A DNA stretch of 64,000 nucleotides, taken from NCBI RefSeq assembly GCF_037042905.1, contig NC_087252.1, forward strand, positions 13,270,001-13,334,000, given 5' to 3'. Below the pieces are notes generated by a model. It was not told the origin of the DNA. It saw only the letters and a program-made list of their open reading frames with translations, and ran no database searches. Position numbers and translations under genes: made by a program. This stretch comes from Lytechinus pictus (lineage: Eukaryota). Positions 13,517 through 25,395 of the stretch are shown here, in pieces. How positions within the stretch are numbered: position 1 is the stretch's first letter; every line of letters begins with the position of its first letter.

Positions 13517-13955
13517 TATATTTCATATCACTGACCCTCAATCAACGCTTTAGTTTAGACAACCAACCTTTTCCCATAAAGTTAATGGTTTAAAATGAAA
13601 TATATATCACATTTCGTGTGAACAGAGCTATCTGCCATCTGTGACAGTTTCTCTATATAAACTGTAATACAGGGTTGATAAATTGGTGTCAAGTCACAGC
13701 TGAGTGTGAAAGCTATGTCTCCTGAACTTTGGACATACAAATATAAAAAGCAATATTAACTAAGCAGGGAGATGATAGAATGATAGATAAAAAAACAAAA
13801 ACTGAGTGAGTGGGAGAAAGAGAAAGGCGCACAAATTTGTGAAGAATGGACAAAAGCTCAAGACATGCATGTAGACAGGCACTTAAACCAGGAAAATCTT
13901 GCACAAGACGACAGGTAAAATATTAATACGAGGGTGGATATCAGTTATTATTTAA

Positions 13956-14550
13956 AGGGGAATCCAACCCAAATAAAAACTTGTTTTTATAAGGAAAAGA
14001 AAAATCAGACAAGTTGATAGGTGAAAGTTTGAACAATATTGGACAAACAACAAGAAAGTTATGAATTTTTAAAAGTTATAAATATTGGTAATCACTATAC
14101 CCATGGAGACTTCAAATTGGCCGCATATGGGAAGTCATAGTGATGTAAGGCAAGGACTACTCTTCCATGTACTCCAATACATATTATGGCTAAAATGTTA
14201 TTTTCCCCAAAAGTTTTATTTCAAATTATATTTTTCTTTCATGAGGACATAAAACAATATACTACCTGGGTTATATTTAGATTACTGCCCCAGGGGAATG
14301 GGTACTTAGGAGAAAACCACAAAATCCTGATAATAAAGTACATGGCCTATGGGAAAGTTGTCCTTGCCCCTTGTCATAATTTACTTACTCAGTTGCCAAT
14401 TTGAAATCTACATAGTATTAGTGATCTCAATTTTAAAGCAGCTATAACTTTCTTATTGCTTGTCCGATTTCTTTCAAACTTTCACCATTCTGTTTAATTT
14501 ATTTTTCTCCTTCCCTACACAACATTTTATAGCCAAGGCTGGATTCCCCT
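13956..14550. mobile_element. Kolobok-like MITE (TTAA TSD)
   Basis: TTAA-AGGGGAATCCA...TGGATTCCCCT-TTAA. Confidence 0.85.
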
Positions 14551-16516
14551 TTAATATAATCATAGTGATCGTTATAATCAGTCTCACTAGTGAAAATAAA
14601 CTTCTTCTGAAGAAAGATGTAAACTAAAATGAATCAAGCAATTCATTTTCCATGTATTTACCTGTAATGAAAAAAAAAATGTTTGAAAAGTTGTTTATAC
14701 ACGTATGCACGTTTCACCCAATCCCAAGAAATTGAATAGAGCCTGTATAAGAGTGATATAAAAGTAGTGGATCTATATGCATTTATTCAAACGTCCTTCC
14801 ATTAATTGATGCATGTGCATGTATAGAGGTTTGTTATGACTTTGACATTGGTGTATTTGTTCACACACATGTTTGCATAGGCAATAGAAACAAGTGCATA
14901 TCTAGTCTCATAAAAGAACCACTGATATATAACTTCATTAAAGAATAATTTTATTATAATTGCAAAATTTTGAGAGAAGGTATTTGATTTAGATTTAGTG
15001 AATTTTAGTGAATGTTTTGAATGAAGTTATCTTGCTAATGAAACACAACAGAAATGTTTTACTTTAAATATCAAAAATCAAGTAAGACCATTCCAAGATT
15101 GTTTTGAAAAAGTTTACATGAAGTTAAGGGTCTGACAGAAAAGACTAATTGAGGTTAACACCAAAAGCAATTATTTACTTCTCTATGAGTGGGATTGGTA
15201 GACAAACATTGCAAAGAGAAGATTACAGACCAAAGAAGAAATACATCAGAAGTTAATCCACATAAAACCTCAAATGGCAGGTTATATTGCATTGTCACAA
15301 TGAAGGATGAATGGTCAAACTTAAAAACTATGTTGTTGTTGTTGTTTGAATATAGGCAATCTAGTTTTGACAATTGTTGCCATGATAAATTGTGTTTTTT
15401 CTCTTATAATCTATTTGTTGATCCATGGGTCTATTCTAACTTTTATTTAGAATAGTAGAGGTATTTTCCCTAGCTTCTTGAAATACTGGTGGTCTTTACA
15501 AATTTAGTGAATAAACATGCGTAATTTGAAAACATCATGATCTAGTTTCCGTTGCATTACTTTTTCAGTATTCTATACAGAGATGACAGAAAGAATTAAT
15601 TGAAAAACTGGCCTAAAATAATCAAGAACAGGCTTTTTAAAAAGTGATCATAACTTAAAACAAAAATATTCCATTAAAACTTCAGATGAACACCCGCTTA
15701 GAAACATATTTTTATGTTCTGGGGAAAAGATCATTTGCTTTTGCATGCCCTACTTTGTGGAATAGCCTTCCTGAAGACATATAAAAAAATATACCTCTGT
15801 CGAAACTTTCAAAAATCTTCTAAAAACTTATTTTATTTAACTCTTAGCTCTTTATGCGCCTTGATCGAGCACTCTGCAGAGTGGATTTGGTGCTTTATAA
15901 GTCACATTATTATAATTTATTATTCTGTTATATATGATTGATGAAATAAAGAGGAATGAAAGAGGCAGAAAATGGAAAGTGATGAATCATTGGAACAGAA
16001 AAATCAAAACATGTTGCAAAGGAACGATATGAGAGGCAAAAAAAGAGAGGATACGAAGGGTCATTGTGAGAAGCAGGGGGGTAGAGGGGGGGGGTAGATG
16101 AGGAGGAGGGTGGGGGCAAGCACAGCAATGTCATTAAAATTTTGATAATTTGAGGGTGGGACATGATGACGTCCCCCATCGCTGCTCATAGGCAGGTGAA
16201 GGTTTCTGAAGGAGAAAGATTCCTGCTTTCACCAGCTGATTACACCGGCATTCTTCACGTCAGGATCAGATATTAGACAAATGTGATATGAACCACACTC
16301 AATCTCAATACAGGTTCGTATGATACTCTGTATGATAAGATGATACGTTTGGATTCTTGGGAGTCCAAAATCTATGTTCATTTATCAGTGCTGCAATAAT
16401 ATTCCCAATCTCTCTATCTTTAAACTTTATTCAAAGTATTGAACGATCGAATAATCTATTTCTTTTTTTGCATATACATGTAATGATATCAACAACAGTG
16501 TAAAATGTTTCATGTA

Positions 16517-16551
16517 TCTTTCTTGGGAAAATGTCGGTCCTGAAAAGGACC
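16517..16551 (-). terminator. Histone-type 3'-end processing signal (stem-loop plus U7 histone downstream element) with no histone CDS
   Basis: Minus strand GGTCCT-TTTC-AGGACC (16551-16536), GACA, 6-nt spacer TTTTCC, then CAAGAAAGA (16525-16517). Confidence 0.7.
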
Positions 16552-16601
16552 ACCCAAACTCAACGTTTCGACAAGTATGCTCTTGTCGGTTTCAGGAGAG
16601 T
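16552..16601 (-). ncRNA. Degenerate minimal type I hammerhead ribozyme of Penelope-like retroelement type
   Basis: Minus strand reads ctc-CTGAAAC-cgacaag-agcata-cttgtc-GAAA-CGTT-gag. Perfect stem II, GAAA box, palindromic AACGTT in place of stem III, and a ctc/gag stem I. The CUGANGA box is mutated to CUGAAAC. Confidence 0.55.
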
Positions 16602-17898
16602 GAGCAAAGTTTGTGAAAGCAGGCATTCTATAGAGGCCTACCAAACAAAAATAAATCTTTATCTTTCACTTGCACTTACACAGATTATTAACTTACACAT
16701 TAAAATGATTAAATTATCTTTATAAGACAAGCAGAGGCGGTGGAACATCAGGCTCATACTCTGAAGACAAGCAATATTGATCAACAATAGATTTAAACAA
16801 ATAGGTCTGAGCATTTTTTTTCATAAACGTTTAAGCAGTTACTCACTTCTAGGAAAGTCCATCTCTTCATGCACCTTCCTCACAAACTGAGGGCAATATT
16901 CATTCCATACAATGATACAACATTCTTGAGCAAACAGGCATCTCCAAATTTCCACCACACAAACTTTGTTACTCTGTGCCAATACATTCAAAGTTCTTTT
17001 TTACATTTTTTCTTATGTGTAATAGTTCAATTTTAAGTGAATGAGGGGATATCTCCTGCAAATATTAGTTTAGACAGTCAAGTTCCTGTTGATAAAATGT
17101 GAGGTCAATTGTTCAGTTGACCCCTGCACACATTAACAAACAAGCAGAACTTTAACCAGTATGCCCCAAATTCCATCAGAAGTAATTTTTCTATGCTCTT
17201 GCACGTCAATAAATGTAGAACACAAGTTTGCTTCAACATTCAAACAATTCTATTCACACTGAGATAAAGGAAAACATTCCTGTGAAATCCTCCATTATAT
17301 TCATTTATTCTTCCTTTACTTGTAAATAACCATTGATATTTGGGAATTGAAAACCTCCCAGATTATTTCATCAACTCAATAAAAGTACCCTTTTAATTTG
17401 TGTTGTGAATCTATCGTTCAAGGGGGGGGGGGGGGTGATCTATTGTTTCATCCCCCACTTGAATACTATGACGTCACGGAAAAACCCCAGTGCCTTTTAG
17501 CATCTACATATTCTACAAATTTGATTGCACTGTACTTCTGTATTTATATTCTATTTAGTAGCTGTACAACCAATGTTTATTTCTATTGAAAGAATTGAAA
17601 TTAGACTAGATAATGCCCTTTCTCTATATGAGGCATTCTATGCAGTTCCCCCATTCCGTTCTCATTTTTACCTTTGCTTATAAATAATTCACATTTTCTT
17701 TGTATTCTTAAAAACTGAGAATGAAATACAGGTCCATATGAAATTGTGAATTTACTTGAATTGAATTATTTACAGAATATATTAACAGGCCCAGTAGAAA
17801 TTACAAAAACATACATGAATAGACCTTGGGATCTGTTTCAGTGGTCTGTTATTTTTGGATTGGTTTCTATTTTGTAACTTCCATCATTTCCATTCATA

Positions 17899-19244
17899 AC
17901 AAGTGGAACGCCTCTGGCAGTCTCGCCTGCATTACGCGATTTAATATAGCAGCAGTGCTAACTTTGAAAACTACTATAAAATAATCATTCACAAAAACAC
18001 CATTCATATAATGACATAATACCACGTTCATTGACCATAGATGACATTTGAACGGTGACTTAAGACTTGTCAACTACACCCATGTCCACATTTCATTCAC
18101 TCTATCCATAAACTTTCAAAGTTATGATGGCAATTCAACAATTACCCCAACATGGCCTACGTTTATTGACCTTAACTGACCTTTGACCTTGGTTTTGTGA
18201 CCTGAAACTCACAGGGGATGTTCAGTGATACTTGATTACTCTTATATCCCAAGTTTTATGAAATAGATCCATAAACTTCAGAGTTAGGATGGTAATTCAA
18301 CAAATACCCCCTACACGGCCAAAGTTCATTGACCTTTAATGACCTTTGACCATGGTCATGTGACCTGAAACTCGTACAGGATATTCAGTGATACTTGATT
18401 ACTCTTATGTCCAAGTTTTATGAACTAGATCCATAAACTTTCAGAGTTAGGATGGTAATTTAACAAATACCCCCAACACGGCCAAAGTTTATTGACCTTA
18501 AATGACCATTGACCATGGTCATGTGACCTGACACTCACACAGAATATTCAGTGGTACTTGATTAACCTAATGTCCAAGTTTCATGAACTAGATCCTTAAA
18601 TATTCAAAGTTATGATGGTAATTCAACAAATACCCCCAACTTGGCCAAAGTTCATTGACCCTAAATGACCTTTGACCTTGGTCATGTGACCTGAAACTCA
18701 GGCAGGATGTTCACTCATACTTGATTAACCTCATGTCCAAGTTTCATGAACTAGATCCATACATTTTCAAAGTTATGATAGTAATTCAACAAATACCCTC
18801 AACTTGACCAAAGTTCATTGACCCTAAATGACCTTTGACCTTGGTCACGTGACCTGAAACTCGAGCAGGATGTTCATTAATACTTGATTAAGCTTATGCC
18901 CAAGTTTCATGAACTAGGTCCATATACTTTCTAAGTCATGATGTCATTTCAAAAACTTAACCTTCGGTTAAGATTTTAAAAATAATTCTCCCAACATGGT
19001 CTAAGTTCATTGACCCTAAATGACCTTTGACCTTGGTCATGTGACCTGAAACTCAGGCAGGATGTTTAGTAATACTTGATTAACCTCATGTCCAAGTTTC
19101 ATGAACTAGGTCCATATACTTTCTATGTTATGATGTCATTTCAAAAACTTAACCTTAGGTTAAGATTTGAAGTTGACGCCGCCGCCGCCGCCGTCGGAAA
19201 AGCGGCGCCTATAGTCTCGCTCTGCTATGCAGGCGAGACAAAAA
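17899..19244 (-). mobile_element. Non-autonomous Helentron-type (HINE, pearl/Tsp-like) element with internal 163-bp tandem array
   Basis: Subterminal inverted repeats GTCTCGCCTGCAT / ATGCAGGCGAGAC, terminal hairpin, (GCC)n microsatellite, about six core repeats (at 18196, 18359, 18522, 18685, 18848, 19040), A-rich flanks without a TSD. Confidence 0.85.
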
Positions 19245-19904
19245 CAAACTCAAAATACAGTCCAGACATGACACTCAAATAACAGTTTCTAGGGGGTGCA
19301 TTCAAATCATTTTCTATAGCTAGAATCACAAACATAACTCAGTTCAAAACACCAATACAAACATGCTTCCTGATTAATAGAGTGACACACATTTCCTAAT
19401 ATTGTAAAATGTAGGCCTGATTTGGATTTTTCTCTCAAGTAATCGAAATCCTCATTGAATTCCTCATGGAACATATAAAACCATTATTGCATGAAATTGA
19501 CATAGAAAGTCGGCACTTGTGATACTAAGACCGGGCATAAACTTTAGAGCAAATAGAGGTCTGTGCCTGAAGACTAACAAGTTGAACTTTTAGCATGGTA
19601 TGAATAGAATGCACAGTGTATTGTTATTGTGTGTGTGTGTGCATGTGTGTATCAATAGACTTTTGTACATGGCTATGTACAGTACAGTAAACGGCCGTGT
19701 AGTTGAAGAATGGAGGCAGACGTTTAATTGTACACTGGACGAGTACACGGCTAGGCTTGCAATCCATGTAGTTTAGCTATTGAGCACACACAGAGCCTTA
19801 TTCTTTCTCAGTGTAGTCATTGCATTGTTGAGAATTTAGCTTGTCAAGTGAAGTTGGCTTTACTGTCTTCCAATAAAAGTTATTTTCCTTATTCTGATGT
19901 TGCT

Positions 19905-19933
19905 CGTTTATCATCATTTCTAGCTGAACGAAA
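19905..19933 (+). other. Probable splice acceptor and 10-nt 5' UTR segment before the ZBED-like start codon (implies an upstream non-coding exon)
   Basis: TTTATCATCATTTCTAG|CTGAACGAAAATG; AG at 19922-19923. The in-frame TGA at 19925 means the ATG at 19934 is the start. Confidence 0.5.
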
Positions 19934-21409
19934 ATGAAGAGTTTTGTCTGGGAACACTTTGACAAAGTTGGTATCAACAGAGCAACTCGCAAAACAGTAA
20001 GATGCAGACTTTGCAGGACCGAGCTGGCATACCATAACTCAACAGGGAGCATGATTAACCACATGCTCCATAAGCATCCCTTACGGGTACCAGGCTCTAG
20101 TGAATCCTCGGCTGGTGCTCGCGAGGATGGTGGTGGGAAGGCCCCTCGCAAAGACTTCTATCATCAGGAGAGCAGTGGCCCTTCACAAGAATCTCCTGGG
20201 CCGGTCACCATGCCTGAACCAGTGACCATGGCCGCAACGACCGACCTGCCCCCTAAGGCCAAGATTAAGATGAGGAGTTACGTGTGGAATCACTTTGACA
20301 AAGTCGGCTGCAGAACCACGCGATGCAGACACTGCCAGGTTGAGCTTGCATACCATGCATCGACGGGGAGCATGATAAATCACCTCCAACTTAAGCATCC
20401 ATCGACCAATCCCGATCCAAGCACAACTCCTGGTCTGACTCCTCGAAAGTCCCATCAGGATCAGTTCAAAGCCTTCCTCACCTCCAACACTAAAAGCGAA
20501 AGCTGCAGCCCAGAACGGGTGATTGGAATAACTAGGCACATTACAACCATGATTGCGGATGTCAACTTGCCTGTAAGCTTCGTCGAAGAGCCGTCCTTCC
20601 AAGAACTCCTCAAGTACATAGAACCGGGATACTCACTTCCTAATCAGAGTTCTATAACGGTGCACCTGCAACTACTGTACGATGCGAAGAAGGCAACTGC
20701 AAAGGCCGAGATCGCAAACTCAACTTCATTTGCTATTTCAACCGACTGCTGGGCTTCAGGGATGCAAGAGTATTTGACACTTACAGGACACTACGTCGAT
20801 AAAGAATGGCAGTACAAAGCGGTAGTCCTCGATACCTCACCCCTGGCCATTGATGATATCAACGATGACAACAGCACTGAGGATCCCAGCGATCACATAA
20901 AGGCTATCCTTACAGATCATCTAAAACGAGTTCTGGAAGAATGGGACCTGGGGCTGGGGGACAAGGTATCTTCCATCGTCAACGACAACTCACCCAACAT
21001 CACAGACATCGGAAAAGATGCCTTGGATGCCTTCGATGTCGGATGTGCAGCCTATCTGCTCCACGAAGCCGTGAATCACGGAATCCAGAGTCATGAGGAA
21101 ATATTGAACCTCGTTGCAGCCGCCAATCAACTCGTTAGCTACTTCCATCACAGCATCGATGCGACGGACACCCTCAGAAAGGAGCAAGAATTCATGGACC
21201 AAGAGCTGAAGGGGTTGGTTTCGTCTGTGGCATCACACTGGGTGTCCATCCTTAATATGCTCGAAAGACTGACAGAAGTGCGAGGGCCGCTTCTAAGAGT
21301 TCTGAGTAACCAGAGACTCATGGATCAGGATGAAGAAATCAAGATTGACCTGACTGAAGACCAATGGGCTCTTGTGGATCTTGTCAAACACTGCCTGAAG
21401 CCACTGAAG
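19934..21409 (+). CDS. Coding exon 1 of a ZBED1/ZBED4-like, hAT transposase-derived protein (two BED zinc fingers plus N-terminal half of the RNase H-like catalytic domain)
   Basis: Long GC-richer ORF. BED motifs VWEHF..CRLC..HMLHKHP (aa ~2-49) and VWNHF..CRHC..HLQLKHP (aa ~113-156). hAT motifs LPVSFVEEPSF, AISTDCW (D271) and IVNDNSPNI (D351). Ends at donor AAG|GTACAG (GT at 21410). Confidence 0.93.
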
Positions 21410-22032
21410 GTACAGTTTCAATAGTTATAGTAATAATAATAATTAATAATAGTAATAATAAAAATACTACTACTACTACTAATAATAATAATACATGTAA
21501 TAATATTTATAATATAAAATAATAAATACAGTTCTAATTTCTATACTTGGGTTCTCTTTACTTGCCAAAACCAAAAAATTGCCAAAACCTTGTTTTCTTT
21601 GAAAAAGATGATACACTTCTCCTTTTATAGTGAGCATTGTTTTGAAGATCAAAAACTCTATAAAGTCACACATACTCTACAAGCTGGCATGTTTAAATGT
21701 TCATGTTATACAAAACTTGTCAACTTAGCATATTTGTTTTAATGTTACTACTGCTAATTTTTTTGTAGAAGTATATACTACTAATAAATTAAGAAGAAAT
21801 TAAAAAAACTATAAGAATAAAAGTTAATATTGTGAACATTAATGAAAACCATGATTTCCAAAAATATATATACAAAAAAAAAATTCTTTAATCAACTTTC
21901 AATGATTTCCCCATAAAATTCCCTAGGTAAATCAAATTTCAAAAGAGAGCTAAAAATGATCAAGAAGTGAAAAAAAAACTGTTAAAAACATTTAATTGAG
22001 ATACATTTTCTATTGCGATTTGTCTTAATTAG
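21410..22032 (+). other. Phase-0 GT-AG intron (623 bp) of the ZBED-like gene
   Basis: GTACAG...TTTGTCTTAATTAG, very AT-rich. Splicing gives LKPLK|VATFVLSSKENVASSITLP, restoring the hAT L-x-P-x4-T-x2-LS...S...P pattern in frame. Confidence 0.88.
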
Positions 22033-22716
22033 GTTGCAACATTCGTCTTGTCTTCAAAAGAAAACGTTGCCTCATCCATCACTTTACCAATTGTCTTTGG
22101 CCTCCTCCATAACCACCTTGTGAAGAAAGAGGGAGAAGCAGATGCCATAGTTAGGTTCAAGAATGTTATGAGAAATCAAATCGAGAGCAGGTTCCTCCAA
22201 CCCGGTTTCCAGGCAGGTGTGGCGGCTATTGCAGCAGCCGTTGATCCGAGGTACAAGAATCTCAAGTTCCTCTCGCATAATGACCGGGAAGTTGTGTGGG
22301 CCGAGGTGCGCAAACACCTTGAGACACTTCAGAAAGCTCATGAGGAAGCCAAAGGGTGTAAAGCGGACCAGGATAGCAGCTCTGATCAGGAACCTTCGGC
22401 CGATTCCGTTCTGGATTTCCTAATGGGCACAGCTGCCGAGCCAGCTCGACGTCAGAATTCAGCGATAGACGAATTCGAGGAGTTCCTCGCGCAGAAGCAG
22501 GAACCCCGTAACACGAATCCTCTCACGTGGTGGCGTGCCAACAGTGGCCGTTTTCCAATTCTCCAGAATCTAGCCAAGATATACTTGGGTGTCCCTGCAA
22601 CTGCAGTGCCTGCCGAAAGAGTCTTTTCCCTGTCTGGCAACGTTGTAACAGCAAAGCGAAGTTGCCTGTCACCTGAGAACGTAAATATGCTGGTCTTCTT
22701 GAGTCAGAATAAATAG
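22033..22716 (+). CDS. Coding exon 2 of the ZBED-like protein (C-terminal hAT dimerization region with catalytic E); total protein 719 aa
   Basis: AAAVDPRYK, NPLTWWR..FPILQNLAKIYLGVPATAVPAERVFS (E687), KRSCLSPENVNMLVFLSQNK, stop TAG. In frame with exon 1. Confidence 0.93.
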   Translation, partial: VATFVLSSKENVASSITLPIVFGLLHNHLVKKEGEADAIVRFKNVMRNQIESRFLQPGFQAGVAAIAAAVDPRYKNLKFLSHNDREVVWAEVRKHLETLQKAHEEAKGCKADQDSSSDQEPSADSVLDFLMGTAAEPARRQNSAIDEFEEFLAQKQEPRNTNPLTWWRANSGRFPILQNLAKIYLGVPATAVPAERVFSLSGNVVTAKRSCLSPENVNMLVFLSQNK

Positions 22717-24889
22717 GGACTTGACAAGCCAACTTGAAAATGAAACAGAAACTATTCATGCTTGATCACTATCAGAGTCAAGAAACTGTCAAATATTTTT
22801 TCCAACTCTATTATGATTCTGAGTGAGTAGAGTGACTGAACTGATTCTTTGCACTTCGTTCATTAATAATCAAGTATTAAATGAAAGAAGTGTTGTGCGA
22901 TCCGTTGCTCTAAGAATTGAAAACATTTCACATGAACTATGATAAAACATACATATAAATCAATTTTCTTTTGTAATGTTTGTATAGAAACTAGGGATAT
23001 TGATTTCGGGCCCTGCATAAAGCTTAAATGTAGCAATTGATCATGGCTGTGGAGCTGATGATTCTACAATTGATTGCAACAATTACTGTAGATGATCAAA
23101 CATAATGATCAGCCTCACAATCAATTGCTCTGGAGGATTCAATGTTACAGGTAATCGGACTGAAATTAAGGCGAATAGGAAGTAATGTGATTTCAACTGA
23201 TCAATCATCTAAAATCTTTAGAATTACCACTGTAAAAGAAGGCCAGTATGATTTCATCAATTGGTTGTTACTTTTCAGTTTTGAAACAGATGGTTTAACA
23301 TTCAAGCAATCTGGTCAACATCAATATTGTTTTACAAAGAAATTTAACCAAGAAACTAGAAACTTATTGAACTTGTTGAGGGGGAAAAAAACCCTCCTAA
23401 ATGAAGGCCTTTCCCACAGGGTAGCGCACATGTTCCCTCATGTACACTGAATAGTGAACTTTTAAAGAAAAATAATTACTCATGTAAAGTAGAATTTTAA
23501 AGAAGTTCACAATTTTTTCTGTTATGTACCTGTATTCATAGTAATGACTGAAATAGGAGAGGTTTTATTCTTTGTTTCAAAGTTCATTTTCGGTCTATGA
23601 GAATTATTACTTTGATGTCTATTCTACATGTAGTAGGCCCATACAAAACTAATTTCCATTTAAATTCATGGATGGTTTTCTTCTGTTGAAGCCGAGCAAA
23701 CAAAATTATTCTTTAATTTTTTGGCAACTGCTGACTTTTGGAGGCTATTTCTCTTATTTCATAGGCAATTTTTTGGCTAAATGAGCAATTATACTTTCAA
23801 AAGATATCTCACTTTTTGCTGCACAGTAGATCATTGTTTTTCTAAATTTCCTTGGATATTGTCTGTTGCAGATCTTGGGGCAACTTTAGGAAAGATGGTT
23901 GCCCCAAAGCATTCTGTTTTGCAAATTTTAGGGACGCTTTCAACTGTCATGTCCAATTAGTCAAAGCAATTATTATGCTAAAGCATATATATCTCTTTTA
24001 AGTTTTCTGAGGTTCAAACAATATTTTACTTCTTAGGCACAGAAATTTACCTAAATTAGAAGCTAAATCACTGATCAGCAAACTTGAACAAATTTTGCAT
24101 TTAAGCACACTGATTCTTCAACTATTTTATTCAAAGAAAAAGCATTGATGTTGCGTTTCGCTGTTGCTTATTACAGTGCAAATAAATATTTTCTTTTGTT
24201 GCGAGAAGCAATAATAAAGGTCAGCCATATTTCTAAAATAAAGAATTGAATTCTACAGAAATTGTTGTCATGCCTACTTCTTATTGTATATAATTATTCT
24301 TAACTTCTTACTGAGGTAAAAAAAAATCAACTAATTAATGCATAGCATTGAATCCTGAATAATGCATATTCATGACCTCTTACAAAGTGACTTATGGGCA
24401 TTTTCGCGGTAACTGACGTTACACGGCACAATGTTACATGTACACACTTTTCATTGTATGATTATCTCTAAAACAACAAATGATGGGGGTTTGCTTTTTT
24501 TATTCACAGTAAGGACTTAACTTCTCACTGAGGTAAAAAAAAAAAATGGACTAATTAATGAATAGCATTGAATCTTGACTAATGAATATTCATGATCTGT
24601 TACAAACTGACTTATAATGAATATTCACAGACCTGCTAGGACCTGACTAGGGTCGTGCGTATATATATATGCAAGACAAAACCAGGAATCATGATAGAGA
24701 TCACAGTTCACATTTCCGGTATTAGAATAATCTTAATATTTGTTGACCAAGACACGCTTTTAGTGGAATACAAAAATATTCCCACTTGCGCTCACTGTAC
24801 TTTAAAAAAATTTTGAATTAAATTTTTACGACTCATTAGTCCCATTCAGATTGATCAAACTATTGCAATTCCCATTATCATTACTGTCG

Positions 24890-25340
24890 CCACTGCCATC
24901 ATCATCACAAACATCACCCCCATCATCATCATCATCACAAACATCACCCCCATCATCATCATCACAAACATCACCCTCGTCATCATCAATCATCGTCCTT
25001 CTTCATCATCATCACAAACATCACCCTCGTCATCATCAATCATCGTCCTTCTTCATCATCATCACAAACATCACCCTCGTCATCATCCTTCTTCATCATC
25101 ATCACAAACATCACCCTCATCATCATCAATCATCATCATCACAAACATTACCCTCATGATGGCCTCATCATCATCATCAATCATCATCATTTATCATCAT
25201 CATCATCCTAATTACCACTGTCATCATCATCAGTATCATTCAACATCATCACTACCATAATAATCACCATCATCATTATTCATAATCATCACAATTATTT
25301 GTTTAATTTTCATATTACCATAATCATTGCTATCATCATT
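24890..25340. repeat. (CAT)n microsatellite and derived minisatellite
   Basis: Repeated CATCATCATCACAAACATCACCC units. Confidence 0.95.
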
Positions 25341-25395
25341 ATTTGTTCTGGAATACTCAATAAAAGCACAGAACTAAATGATGAAGAATGAATAA

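Noticed and set aside
14655..14680. Minus-strand TTTTTTTTTTCATTACAG|GTAAAT as a recursive splice site
   Set aside because: A single motif in AT-rich DNA; similar AG|GT juxtapositions occur on the plus strand (e.g. ~34684), so it is not distinguishable from chance without RNA data.
18150..19150. Regular repeats that could be mistaken for a CRISPR array
   Set aside because: The units are contiguous 163-bp tandem monomers without unique spacers, lie inside a eukaryotic TE, and no cas genes are present.
19290..19310. TAGGGGGTGCA upstream of the transposase as a possible left hAT TIR
   Set aside because: I found no matching inverted copy or 8-bp TSD downstream of the gene.
21410..22047. Reading the two transposase ORFs as a broken pseudogene
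   Set aside because: Canonical GT/AG sites join them in frame and restore a conserved hAT motif.
19798..22759. Antisense and alternate-frame ORFs overlapping the ZBED-like gene
   Set aside because: Expected shadows of a GC-richer coding sequence; no recognisable motifs.
24851..25159. 102-aa His/Ser-rich ORF
   Set aside because: Translation of a (CAT)n microsatellite.
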